A stretch of 64,000 nucleotides of DNA, taken from contig JAIETW010000001.1 in assembly GCA_019744845.1 (NCBI GenBank), positions 177,999-241,998 of the forward strand, given 5' to 3'. The notes beneath the pieces are model-generated. The model did not search any database and was not told where the DNA came from. It was given only the letters and a program-made list of their open reading frames with translations. Positions 9,149 to 18,891 of this stretch are shown here, in pieces. Position 1 is the stretch's first letter. Each line of letters begins with the position of its first letter. The position numbers were made by a program, and so were the translations under genes. Origin of the DNA: Patescibacteria group bacterium (GTDB lineage: Bacteria; Patescibacteriota; Minisyncoccia; Phycocordibacterales; Phycocordibacteraceae).

Positions 9149-10192
9149 TTATTTTTCGGAGTTTAATATTACTTGACCAAGCTGTTTAGCAAACAAGGGT
9201 GGAACGGCATTACCAATCATTCTGGCCACATTTTCAGTGGTGTTTGAATAAAATACATATTTTTTTGGAAAAGTTTGAAGTGTTGCCCCCTCTCTTAGTG
9301 AAATTGCTCTATTCTCAACTGGGTGAGCAAACCTCCCATTAGAGATGCTGAAAAATCTTGTTGTTATGGTTGGAGCAGGTTTATTCCAGGACATTCTTCC
9401 ATAATTATCCTTGAAGCCCTCTCCTCTATAAGTTTTCCTTTTAAGATTTTTATTCTTTGCCCAATCTAGCCATGATCCACCATTTTTTGGTGTTTGTTTT
9501 AATCTATTTAAATTTTTTTCACTCAGTCCTGCAACACTATGATTGAAAAAAGTTTTATCCTTGTGTCCAGGTTTTACTCTAGCAAAACCATTTTCAACAC
9601 CAATGACATCTTTAACTAGCCGTTTTTTAGCGACCTTCTTTTTGAGAGAAATTTTATTTTTTGAAACCCTTGTGGCTATGAGGGAAAATCGCTTTCTCGA
9701 TTGAGGCACGCCATAATCACTCATATTTACTATCTCGCAGTGAACTGCGTATCCTTTTTCTTCAAGACTTAAGACAAATTTATCCAGACCGCTTTTCTTC
9801 CTATTACTCAAGATACCAGGAACATTTTCAACTAAAACATAACCAGGTTTAAAATAATCAACGAATCTCTTAAATTCAATTAGAAGATTTTTTGATTTCT
9901 CAGATTTCTTTTTGTCAGTTCTTATAACTGACCAAAACTGACAAGGACTGCATCCAATCAATATAAGATTCTTATCATTCTTCTTTATTCCGATCTTCTT
10001 TTGTAAATCTTTTTCTTTTAACTTAAAAACGTCAGCGAGTATAAACCTTGATCCTGGATTATTTTTCTCGTATGTATCTTGACACGTTGGATCACTATCT
10101 ATACCAGCAATAACATTAATACCAGCCTGTCTAAGTCCGCATGTCATTCCACCGCCAGAACAAAAGAAGTCAACGGCTTGAATCTTAGCCAT
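9149..10192 (-). CDS. DNA (cytosine-5)-methyltransferase
   Basis: DFFCSGGG (motif I), GCSPCQ (IV), ENVPG (VI), PQSRKR (VIII), REGATLQTFP (IX), IGNAVPP (X). Confidence 0.95.
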   Translation of the reverse strand: MAKIQAVDFFCSGGGMTCGLRQAGINVIAGIDSDPTCQDTYEKNNPGSRFILADVFKLKEKDLQKKIGIKKNDKNLILIGCSPCQFWSVIRTDKKKSEKSKNLLIEFKRFVDYFKPGYVLVENVPGILSNRKKSGLDKFVLSLEEKGYAVHCEIVNMSDYGVPQSRKRFSLIATRVSKNKISLKKKVAKKRLVKDVIGVENGFARVKPGHKDKTFFNHSVAGLSEKNLNRLKQTPKNGGSWLDWAKNKNLKRKTYRGEGFKDNYGRMSWNKPAPTITTRFFSISNGRFAHPVENRAISLREGATLQTFPKKYVFYSNTTENVARMIGNAVPPLFAKQLGQVILNSEK

Positions 10193-10230
10193 AAGTTAGA
10201 TAACAAATTCTAACATAAGTAAACTGCAAC

Positions 10231-12252
10231 TTATGACTCATTCTCTTCTATACTAAACGATAGTACATAATTATTTCTGTCACTCTCTGGAAAACGGAGT
10301 TGCGGCCACCAAACTTCTTCGCCGTGCTTATTAGTTTGTCTATATAAGAATAAAGTAGGTTTATCAGAAGGTGCTAAATTTATTTCACCTCCAGATAAAA
10401 TACCGCTGTTCTCTCCACGACCTGGAGCAATCTCTCTTCCTCTGCGTACAACCAGGTACGCTTGATCTCCCATTAAACCCTCAATCATTTCCAAGGCTGT
10501 TCTTATGTTCTTAATATTCCACAGCAAAGAATCAGTCGCAGGTTCTATATGACATAGTTCCAGAATTGAAATCAAATCTTTGATTGTTGTAGCTACTGCT
10601 GCTTCATCATTGCCAATATGCTGTAATCGCTCATCAATAGTTTTCGTCACTTCTCTCATTTCTGGAGTTCTAAGTGGATACGATGGATTTATGCTTTTAC
10701 CCGCGACGTAAGCAACGAGAGACTCGGGATCTAATACGTTTCTTCTTGTGGCCTGTAAGGGGGAAGCTATGTAAAGAATCTCAAACTTCCCTTCAGGATA
10801 TTTTTCAACCACATCTCTAAGAGCACTTTCCATATTGTGAATAAGTGAAAAATGTCCAGCTAATTTTCTAGGCAAAAATAGACGCGTAACGCCAAGATCA
10901 TCTTGGCGATAGCCATACATACGAGCGTGCTGGAGAACTGTATCTGCGTTAGGTTTTTTTGGATTTCTCCCGTAGTAACTGACAAGTAAGTTTTTTATTG
11001 TGACGCCTCTACCTAGTTTATTTCCTCCTACAAAAATGTTATATGCTGCATCTAATTCCACTTCGTCACCTGAGACGGAGTTTATTAACTTCACTCTTGC
11101 ACCATGGAGATAGAACTTCATTCTCTCTAGAACCTCAGAAAATGGTGGCAGTCCAAACTGAGTTGTCTCTAAATCCTTATATGCTGCTTCAAGTTCTGAA
11201 ATAAAATTTACATACTGCTTTGACGTAGGGCTCTCAAGTATACGAAATACATCCTCCTTGAAAGATTCAATCAAAGAACATATGTGACTATGGTCAACTT
11301 TGCTGCTACTTACATGACATAGAAATGCATAGCCTTTCACAGGATTCTCAATTCTTTTACAAGTTGCACCGACTAAAAAGGTTACTAGTGCACTTCTTAA
11401 ACCTTTTGGTATTGATCCTGTGGGTGAAGGTTGATGCGATGAAGTAAGCTGTTCTACTTCTTCAATGTCTACAAAACGAAGAAGTTTATCGTCTTTATCG
11501 CCAAAAAATTTATCTCCACCAACATAACCGTTTCCTGGTTCACTAAGAATTGTAAAAGACGGACGATATCTATTATCTGGATTCTGCAAGAAAAGAGCTT
11601 GAGGAGTTGCAGTTACCTGCAGATAAGTTGTAGTTCTGAAAAAATTCCGGAAGTCACTTATAACTTGATTAATTGTACTAGGTAGTTTGCCAGTCTTTTT
11701 TGCTTTGGAAGTATTTGTATTAAGACTTGCCTGGTCTGCCTCGTCGTCAATAATCAAGGCCGAAAGACCTCTTGCGCCAGCTTTTTTGAACTCTTCCAAT
11801 AAACCACTCAATACTGTTCCATTTTTTGAGCAAACAAGAACTACCGGCGGATTACGTAAATCTCGTGCAAACCTCTTTGGATCAGCCCAGTCCGTCTTTC
11901 CAAGAACACTCAATCCTTGTAATACAGACTTCATTCGCTTAAGTGTTTGTCCGTAAAGTATTTCGTTGTCTGAAGTAAGAATTACTACACATTGAAATCC
12001 ATTATCTGCTGCCATTGCAGTAGTAACCTGTATGACACTTGTTTTTCCACTCTGAATAAGTCCATATACTAAGCCATCACTTGGATGCTCTGGAGCTTCA
12101 GCAATAGGATCAACACATCTTCGCAAGATCTGTGTTGCCTTCTCCGTGAGGGCAACAAGCGCTGCTCCTTCAATATCATTTGACAGAACATTCAAGACTT
12201 CTTTTGTATGCAGTCCATCTTGGATGATTTCTCTTGTGTTGCAGTTAATCAT
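10231..12252 (-). CDS. Z1-domain superfamily-2 helicase-like ATPase / putative endonuclease
   Basis: GLIQSGKT Walker A, IIDDEADQAS Walker B, VTATPQA, GGNKLGRGVTI and DTVLQHARMYGYR are typical of Z1-domain proteins. Confidence 0.88.
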   Translation of the reverse strand: MINCNTREIIQDGLHTKEVLNVLSNDIEGAALVALTEKATQILRRCVDPIAEAPEHPSDGLVYGLIQSGKTSVIQVTTAMAADNGFQCVVILTSDNEILYGQTLKRMKSVLQGLSVLGKTDWADPKRFARDLRNPPVVLVCSKNGTVLSGLLEEFKKAGARGLSALIIDDEADQASLNTNTSKAKKTGKLPSTINQVISDFRNFFRTTTYLQVTATPQALFLQNPDNRYRPSFTILSEPGNGYVGGDKFFGDKDDKLLRFVDIEEVEQLTSSHQPSPTGSIPKGLRSALVTFLVGATCKRIENPVKGYAFLCHVSSSKVDHSHICSLIESFKEDVFRILESPTSKQYVNFISELEAAYKDLETTQFGLPPFSEVLERMKFYLHGARVKLINSVSGDEVELDAAYNIFVGGNKLGRGVTIKNLLVSYYGRNPKKPNADTVLQHARMYGYRQDDLGVTRLFLPRKLAGHFSLIHNMESALRDVVEKYPEGKFEILYIASPLQATRRNVLDPESLVAYVAGKSINPSYPLRTPEMREVTKTIDERLQHIGNDEAAVATTIKDLISILELCHIEPATDSLLWNIKNIRTALEMIEGLMGDQAYLVVRRGREIAPGRGENSGILSGGEINLAPSDKPTLFLYRQTNKHGEEVWWPQLRFPESDRNNYVLSFSIEENES

Positions 12253-12674
12253 ATTTTCAAATCAGAAATTATGGTTGCCCATCTTGAAACTGGAATTTTT
12301 CTTTTTAAATTCATAACTTGCCCGAAGACACCGTAACTTTCACCATGCTTTCTTCGCAAAGTAATACGTCCTGGTTTCAAATCAAGTAATTCACTAGCCT
12401 CTTTCCATGTAATCCAACATACTCCATCTCCTCCACAAATGAGGCCAACTATTACTCCCTCGTACTCTAAATTCATAGCAGAGCAACGCTCCACATCTTC
12501 CTGATCAAAAATAAAAATCCACGGAGTGCGTGGATTGGTTCTGTATTTAAAGAAGGCGAAAACTTTATTGTTTACAACGTAACCCAATAGACCTTTTCTT
12601 GTGAGTGAAAGGTTTTTGTCCTGAAGTAAAGACATTATTGCTGCACCATGATAGTACTGCGATTTATCTATCAT
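12249..12674 (-). CDS. Small hypothetical protein translationally coupled to the Z1 gene (possible degenerate nuclease fold)
   Basis: ATGA overlap with the Z1 gene. Start at 12674 (MIDKS) or 12710. Motifs YYHGAA, FFKY, W.F.F, LICG.DG. Confidence 0.7.
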   Translation of the reverse strand: MIDKSQYYHGAAIMSLLQDKNLSLTRKGLLGYVVNNKVFAFFKYRTNPRTPWIFIFDQEDVERCSAMNLEYEGVIVGLICGGDGVCWITWKEASELLDLKPGRITLRRKHGESYGVFGQVMNLKRKIPVSRWATIISDLKI

Positions 12675-12755
12675 AAATAGTTCAATATGCTCGTGCTTTA
12701 ATTTTATCACTTTTCTGTGATCTGACCCAGCTCACAGAAGATAGGTTTAGTTGGG

Positions 12756-12826
12756 CTGGGAGACTAGGAATCGAACCTAGATTCACGGCTTCAAAGGCCG
12801 CTGTCCTACCGTTAGACGATCTCCCA
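12756..12826 (-). tRNA. tRNA-Gln(TTG)
   Basis: tgggaga acceptor, anticodon loop ctTTGaa, GTTCGAT T-loop. CCA not encoded. Confidence 0.95.
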
Positions 12827-12855
12827 ATATCTACATCCTGCCCTGGAGGGGCCTG

Positions 12856-13746
12856 CTAATCAAGCTCACAGACCGTTCGGAGCTCTGCCAGATCTGCCTC
12901 CGAAAGCACTAACTCCTCCCCCACATTGTACGAATACATGATGGCGTCAGGGTCCTCCACGTGCCCAAACCCAAGCGCATGTCCAAGCTCATGGGCAAGT
13001 ACCCGACGAAGCTCTACCCCTTCCGTAAACTCACGGATGGTAATGCGCGTACCATTCTCATCTACCACATACCGACCTTGGTCAAAGTCAGTATGGGCAC
13101 GTGAATTATAGACATCCACCTGTACGTTGATCGCTTCTGCAAGCGTATTCAACCCATCCACCTGCCCATTCATCTGATCAATGATGGTATTCACCTGTGC
13201 CGCATACCCATTCAATGTTTCCTGCTGCTCATTCAATGCACGCTGGGTGCGTTGCAGCTCTGCATATTCCGCAGGAGGTGCACCACCTCGTTCATTCCAG
13301 TATGCGACATCTGCTTCATAGTCACTCACCCGCTTCTCAAAGGCGGCAGCGTATGACTCATACTGCCGCTTCGCTCCGGAAAGCTGAGAAGCCAGAGAAT
13401 CAAACTCAGCCTTCGCAGCATCGTATGCTGCCTGCTCCTCATCAATGACTTCTCCGAGCTGGGAAGTCCTTTGTTCCACCCCATACTCCAGATTCACCGT
13501 CATCTCTGCATCAGCGGCAAACACCACCACCTCTTTCCCTGCCGCCTCATTCCAGATCGCAGCAGCATCAGACAGTGCATCCTCAAACTCAGCCCGAGAT
13601 ATACCAAAGCGAGTATCAAACTCTCCTATGCGATATTCAACAGGAGAATCACACGAAGGTGCAAAGAGATCTAGCTGCGCGGCCCCGTACCCGAGCGACG
13701 TCACGCCCGCGATGAGAATGAGTGGCCAGGTGAAGCGAGTAAGCAT
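12856..13746 (-). CDS. Matrixin (M10) zinc metalloprotease with coiled-coil insert
   Basis: HELGHALGFGH plus Met-turn AIMY, N-terminal anchor, long helical region. Confidence 0.88.
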   Translation of the reverse strand: MLTRFTWPLILIAGVTSLGYGAAQLDLFAPSCDSPVEYRIGEFDTRFGISRAEFEDALSDAAAIWNEAAGKEVVVFAADAEMTVNLEYGVEQRTSQLGEVIDEEQAAYDAAKAEFDSLASQLSGAKRQYESYAAAFEKRVSDYEADVAYWNERGGAPPAEYAELQRTQRALNEQQETLNGYAAQVNTIIDQMNGQVDGLNTLAEAINVQVDVYNSRAHTDFDQGRYVVDENGTRITIREFTEGVELRRVLAHELGHALGFGHVEDPDAIMYSYNVGEELVLSEADLAELRTVCELD

Positions 13747-14774
13747 TAGGAATGAAGTTCTAGCACTGCAAGCTCAAGCGGAAGCGCAGGCACCGGTGCG
13801 TAGCGCACACGACCTGAGGCCTCCAAGAAGACACGAAGCGTATTGTGAGTGAGCTTTGACTCCTTGTCAGAAGCAATCTTCTCTATCTCTGAATATTCAT
13901 CATCTCCTACCTCATCTTTAATCTCCTTCCGAAGCTCAGGTGCATGTCGCACCAGAAGCACACTCCGCATGTACTCAAGCACCAGAGAAAGATACATACC
14001 CATATCTACGTTAGAGGTAGCAGCTGCACGAATAGCACCGAGCGCGTCATCAGCCTTTCCGGAAGAGAGCGCAGACACAAGAGAGGCAACGAGTGCACGC
14101 TTCGGTGCACCGGTGGCTGCCTCTGCTTCTTCACGGGTCACCTTCTTGTCAGTCGTAGAGGCAAACACACGCTCAAGTACTGAAAGCGCATCTCGGTATG
14201 AACCATCAGCAAGGAGCGCAATAAGATCTGCAGCAGAAGGCTCAATAGAATATCCCTCCTTCTTGGCGACAGAAGACACCATCTTCGCAAGACCTGCACG
14301 TGAAGGCTTCTTAAACTCAAAGACCTGACAGCGGGACTGCACAGTCTCTGGCACCTTATCTAGTTCAGTCGTCGCAAGCACAAAGATGGCATGCGCTGGT
14401 GGCTCTTCAAGAGTCTTTAGAAGCGCATTCCATGCCCCTTTAGAGAACATATGCACCTCATCAAGAATGTAGAGCTTGTACGGAGACTCAAAAGGATAGG
14501 TCGCAATGTTAGCCGCAAGCTCACGTACCCCATCTACGCTGTTATTACTTGCCGCATCTATCTCATACAGATCCTTATCAGAGACCTTAAGCTCAGATGC
14601 AAAGATGCGTGCGATGGTGGTCTTCCCAAGTCCACGAGAACCGGCAAACAAATAGGCATGCCCTACCTTTTCGGTCTTGATCTGCTCACTCAAAGGTCCT
14701 GTGACCTGCTCCTGCCCCAGCACCTCCTTAAAGGACTGCGGACGATATGCCCTATAGAGAGACTGGTGCGCCAT
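13746..14774 (-). CDS. dnaX: DNA polymerase III subunit gamma/tau
   Basis: LYRAYRPQSF, GSRGLGKTT, EIDAAS, ILDEVHM, LLKTLEEPP, QSRC. Confidence 0.96.
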   Translation of the reverse strand: MAHQSLYRAYRPQSFKEVLGQEQVTGPLSEQIKTEKVGHAYLFAGSRGLGKTTIARIFASELKVSDKDLYEIDAASNNSVDGVRELAANIATYPFESPYKLYILDEVHMFSKGAWNALLKTLEEPPAHAIFVLATTELDKVPETVQSRCQVFEFKKPSRAGLAKMVSSVAKKEGYSIEPSAADLIALLADGSYRDALSVLERVFASTTDKKVTREEAEAATGAPKRALVASLVSALSSGKADDALGAIRAAATSNVDMGMYLSLVLEYMRSVLLVRHAPELRKEIKDEVGDDEYSEIEKIASDKESKLTHNTLRVFLEASGRVRYAPVPALPLELAVLELHS

Positions 14775-14785
14775 AGTAGAAAAGA

Positions 14786-15772
14786 TTATACCAAGGGAAT
14801 TGCCTCTTTTAAGAGTGGCTCTAGTTCAGAGAGCTCAGTGGTATCCATAAGCTTCCCGCGGAGCTCTGCCGCTCCATCAAAGCCATTCACGAATGCCTTG
14901 AAGTGCTTCTTGAGAATAGCGAAGTGCTTCGGAGGCGTAAGAAGAGAGAAATACTGCACGAGCTTGAGAAGCGCCTCTAGCTTCTCTCGTGGAGACGCAT
15001 CAGTACGATCAGCAAACAACCACGGATTCCCAAAGATCCCTCGTCCAAGCATTACGCCATCAAGTCCAGTCGCAAGTGCCTTCTCGCGTGCCTCACTAAT
15101 ACTCTTCACATCCCCGTTCGCGAGAAGAAGCACCGAAGGATTCACCCGATCACGAATAGCGACAAGCTCTGGCACTAGTTCCCAGTGTGCAGGAACAAGA
15201 GACATTTCTTTACGAGTACGCAGATGTACGGTGAGCGCTGCAATATCTTCTTCAAGCACCTGAGGAAGCCACTCCTCATATTCAAAGCGATTGTATCCGA
15301 GTCGTGTCTTCACTGACACAGGAATCTTTCCCTGTACCCCTTTTATCGCCGCACGAATGACTTCCTTGGCACGAGCAGGATTCTTCATGTGGGCTGCTCC
15401 TGCCCCCTGCTTTTCAATGGAGCGATCAGGACATCCCATATTGATATCTACGCCATCAAACCCAAGCGAGAGCGCAAGGGAAGCGGCATACTCCATCATT
15501 TCTGGAGTAGAGGAAAAGAACTGGGCGACAATAGGACGCTCCGCTTCTGAATACTGCAGATCCCTTAGAAGAGGATTCTCCTCGTCCTTCATCCCCTTCT
15601 TCTCTCGGGTATGGAAAAGACCATCCGCAGACACAAACTCTGTCCACGACACATCTGGCTTCCCTGTCTCTGCAATCAAACGCCTATACGCAGGGTCCGT
15701 CACATCCGCCATAGGCGCAAGGACAAAGAAGGGCTTCTCTAACTTATTCCAAAAGGAATCCATATCCGCCAC
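14786..15772 (-). CDS. dus: tRNA-dihydrouridine synthase
   Basis: LAPMADVT, DINMGCP, SVKTRLG, ANGDV, GVMLGR. Confidence 0.93.
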   Translation of the reverse strand: MADMDSFWNKLEKPFFVLAPMADVTDPAYRRLIAETGKPDVSWTEFVSADGLFHTREKKGMKDEENPLLRDLQYSEAERPIVAQFFSSTPEMMEYAASLALSLGFDGVDINMGCPDRSIEKQGAGAAHMKNPARAKEVIRAAIKGVQGKIPVSVKTRLGYNRFEYEEWLPQVLEEDIAALTVHLRTRKEMSLVPAHWELVPELVAIRDRVNPSVLLLANGDVKSISEAREKALATGLDGVMLGRGIFGNPWLFADRTDASPREKLEALLKLVQYFSLLTPPKHFAILKKHFKAFVNGFDGAAELRGKLMDTTELSELEPLLKEAIPLV

Positions 15773-15778
15773 CCTACA

Positions 15779-16711
15779 CTATTCTCTCCGTTTGACGTAT
15801 GCCTTCCCTGAGAAGCGCAGATCTACATATTCAATAGAACCATCCACCAGATTCAAGGTAGGAAAGACTGAGGTGGCAAGCGCAGCTGCCGCTTCCTCGC
15901 GTCCTAGCACATACGTAATACGCGTACCGCGTCCTGAGCTTGGAATAAACAAATCTGCTTCATCCCCTCGTATTGCAATAGACACCGGAGAGACCCCAAG
16001 CGCCTTCATGGCTTTCACAAACCGGAGCGCATCAGGAATAGATTCCAGACTCTCCATACGTGCACGAAGCGGATACGCAGGAGTGTTGGTGGCATCTAGA
16101 AGATTGGCATAGATGCGGAGTGTAGATCCTGACGGTGTAGACGATGCATTCTCATACACGAGCGCAGGACGGAAGATGAGTCCCTCTGCATCTGCCTCAT
16201 AGCAGGTATCTATAGCAGCAGTCGCACTCTCTGGAGTGCCGCACCACCAGAACGCAACCGAGCGCTCAACTGCAGACAAAGAAAGGGAAGTCAGACCGCT
16301 ACGAGATACCGAGACTGCAGATACTTCTGCACGTGCCTCTAGCACTGCCTCACGTATATCGCGCTCTGGATAAAAGAAGATGGAGTCACGAGGAAGAATA
16401 TGCCAGTACGTTCCGGCAAGCTCTTCCTCTGCAATTACCTTCAAAGAATCTTCTGCCTCTACAACAGATATACGCACCTCTGGACGCCAGAGTCCGTAGA
16501 TCACTCCCCCAACGACAATGACAATGAGCGCCGTCCATATCCACATCATCCGAGTCCGCTCTTCACGGCGTCGCTGACGAAGCGTACTTTCACGCACGCG
16601 TGGTGCGGGCTTCTTTGGAGCGGCTTTCTTACGACGAGTAGGTGCAGGAGTGACTGCGACCTTCTTCGCCGGTGCCCTACGCGGGACGTCGAATGACTTC
16701 CTTGCCGACAT
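15779..16711 (-). CDS. FtsQ/DivIB-like cell division protein
   Basis: Basic N-terminus, single TM, POTRA-like region, C-terminal EYVDLRF. Likely start MSARK at 16711. Confidence 0.75.
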   Translation of the reverse strand: MSARKSFDVPRRAPAKKVAVTPAPTRRKKAAPKKPAPRVRESTLRQRRREERTRMMWIWTALIVIVVGGVIYGLWRPEVRISVVEAEDSLKVIAEEELAGTYWHILPRDSIFFYPERDIREAVLEARAEVSAVSVSRSGLTSLSLSAVERSVAFWWCGTPESATAAIDTCYEADAEGLIFRPALVYENASSTPSGSTLRIYANLLDATNTPAYPLRARMESLESIPDALRFVKAMKALGVSPVSIAIRGDEADLFIPSSGRGTRITYVLGREEAAAALATSVFPTLNLVDGSIEYVDLRFSGKAYVKRRE

Positions 16712-17990
16712 ACGGGACAAGTACTTCTGGAATACGGATAGAGCCGTCTTCCTGCTGATAATTCTCCATGATGGCAATCAGAGTGCGGCCAATGGCAAAC
16801 GCAGTCGCATCATTCATGTGCACATGAGTGAGATCTCCTTCTACGCTTCGTACACGAGTATTCAAACGACGTGCCTGGTATCCACCCATATAGTCTGAGG
16901 TCTGCGTCTCACGATACGTATCCTGTCCTGGCATCCAGGTATTGATATCAAACTGACGATGGTCCGGCTTCCCCATGTCTCCCGTACAAATAAGCATGAC
17001 CTGATACGGAAGCTTCAGTGCCTGCATCAAGTGCTCCTGAATCGCGACAAAGAGTTCCTGCTCACGATATCCATCTTCAGGACGAGCGAATGATTCCATC
17101 TCAAGCTTATCAAACTGGTGCTGGCGCAAAATGCCGCGTGTATCCTTTCCTGCCGCACCCGCTTCACGACGGAAAGAGGTGGAGTAGCCGATGTAGCGGA
17201 TAGGAAGTGCTGCCTCATCAATCATCTCATTCATGTGGAGCGGACCCATAGTGTGTTCTGCGCTTCCGATAAACACCGCATCATCCTTTTCAAAGTAGTA
17301 GCGCTCATCAATAGGCTGAAGGCGTGCCATACGACCCATGACATCTGCACGCATGATCACTGGTGGCACCACCGGTACAAATGGCTTTGGATCTACATCA
17401 AGTCCTGCCTTCTCAATGATCTTTGAAAGCGTCTCACGAGAGGTGAGTGTCTTCATTACCAAATCTACAAGCGCAAACTGAAGCAACACCAAATCCCCCA
17501 TCAAATAGGCAAAGCGTGCACCAGAGACTTCTCCTGCCTTTTCGGTATTGATGATGCCAAGAGACTCTCCAAGCTCCCAGTGTGGCTTTGGAGTAAAGGA
17601 GAACTGTGGCTTCTCTCCCCATGAACGCACGACCACGTTCTCGTCTTCGTCCCTTCCTTCTGGTGTGTCAGGAGATGGAAGGTTCGGAACGGCAAGCATG
17701 AGCTTACTCCACTCAAGATCTAGCGCATCAAACTTCTCCTGAAGCTCCGACATGCCACCCTTCAGGTGTCGCATGGCTTCAAGCAGCTTGTCCTTCTCAT
17801 CTCCCTTGGCAAGCGCGATGGTCTTAGAGGCGCGGTTCTGTTCTGCGCGCTTCTCCTCTATCTGCTGCAGGTAGGTCTTACGCTCCTCGTCCACCACCAA
17901 GAGGCGGTCTATATCTATCTCTACGTTCTTCTTACGTGCACCCTCCTTTACTAGGTCGGCGTTCTCGCGGATGAAATGGATATCAAGCAT
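16677..17990 (-). CDS. serS: Serine--tRNA ligase
   Basis: MLDIHFIREN start, FRREAG..RGILRQHQFDKLE, AIMENYQQEDG. Confidence 0.97.
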   Translation of the reverse strand: MLDIHFIRENADLVKEGARKKNVEIDIDRLLVVDEERKTYLQQIEEKRAEQNRASKTIALAKGDEKDKLLEAMRHLKGGMSELQEKFDALDLEWSKLMLAVPNLPSPDTPEGRDEDENVVVRSWGEKPQFSFTPKPHWELGESLGIINTEKAGEVSGARFAYLMGDLVLLQFALVDLVMKTLTSRETLSKIIEKAGLDVDPKPFVPVVPPVIMRADVMGRMARLQPIDERYYFEKDDAVFIGSAEHTMGPLHMNEMIDEAALPIRYIGYSTSFRREAGAAGKDTRGILRQHQFDKLEMESFARPEDGYREQELFVAIQEHLMQALKLPYQVMLICTGDMGKPDHRQFDINTWMPGQDTYRETQTSDYMGGYQARRLNTRVRSVEGDLTHVHMNDATAFAIGRTLIAIMENYQQEDGSIRIPEVLVPYVGKEVIRRPA

Positions 17991-18033
17991 GTAGGATTTG
18001 CCCCGCCGAAGACAGGTATACTTACAGAATAGT

Positions 18034-18891
18034 ATGGCGATAGCGCTCCGACAACTCTCCCCGGACGAATATCCGCAGGGACTCCGAGAAATTCCAAAGC
18101 CACCAGAGAAACTCTGGATGCTTGGAGAGTGGGCGCCGAAGGGTACGAAGTACCTCACGGTGGTCGGTTCTCGTGCCGCCACACCCTATGGAAAAGAGAT
18201 GTGCACGAAACTTATTCAAGGATTGAAGGATTACCCCGTCTCCATTGTTTCCGGGCTCGCACTCGGTATAGACGCGATCGCACATAAGGCTGCACTGGAT
18301 GCCGGCATGCACACGATTGCCGTTCCCGGCTCAGGACTTTCAAGTAATGCGATCTATCCAAGGAGTAATGCAGAGCTTGCGAAAGATATTCTCACCAAGG
18401 GTGGTGCACTTCTCTCTGAACACGAGCCAGATCACAAAGCAGAGATCCGTGACTTCCCTTCACGTAACCGAATCATGGTCGGTATCTCTGATGCCGTGCT
18501 CATGATTGAAGCCGGAGAAAAGTCTGGCACCCTCATTACCGCGCGACTCGCAGGGGAATACAACAGAGATCTTCTCTGTGTCCCACATCGTGCAGGAGAC
18601 CCACATGGATTTGGTTCGCATCTTTTCATCCGCCTTGGTGCCGCACTAATAACTGAACCTAAACACATTCTTGAAGCACTCGGTATTCCTGAAGAGCGTA
18701 ATGGTCCACTAATGCTTCCGCTTCTAGACGGAATAGAAAAGGATATCTATGGCATGCTCCATGCCCCACTCACCAAAGCAGATCTCCTTCGCAGACTTGA
18801 AGGGAATGAAGATCAGGCAGAGTCCGCACTCGTGACTCTAGAACTCAAAGGCCTTATAAAGGAAGGTATGGGTATGTGGCAACGCGTATGA
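18034..18891 (+). CDS. dprA: DNA-processing protein DprA
   Basis: VVGSR, IVSGLALGIDAIAH, FPSRNRI, EAGEKSGTLITA, C-terminal winged helix. Confidence 0.95.
   Translation: MAIALRQLSPDEYPQGLREIPKPPEKLWMLGEWAPKGTKYLTVVGSRAATPYGKEMCTKLIQGLKDYPVSIVSGLALGIDAIAHKAALDAGMHTIAVPGSGLSSNAIYPRSNAELAKDILTKGGALLSEHEPDHKAEIRDFPSRNRIMVGISDAVLMIEAGEKSGTLITARLAGEYNRDLLCVPHRAGDPHGFGSHLFIRLGAALITEPKHILEALGIPEERNGPLMLPLLDGIEKDIYGMLHAPLTKADLLRRLEGNEDQAESALVTLELKGLIKEGMGMWQRV

Larger units (their letters stand above)
9099..12762 (-). mobile_element. AT-rich horizontally acquired islet at the tRNA-Gln 3' end
   Basis: Visibly lower GC than both flanks, three co-oriented defence-like genes, abuts the tRNA-Gln 3' end. 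No integrase seen. Confidence 0.7.

Noticed and set aside
14451-16112. Long antisense ORFs (270 and 273 aa) opposite dus/dnaX, and similar ones opposite topA, clpB and rpsA
   Set aside because: They have no family motifs and are explained by the codon bias of the sense genes.
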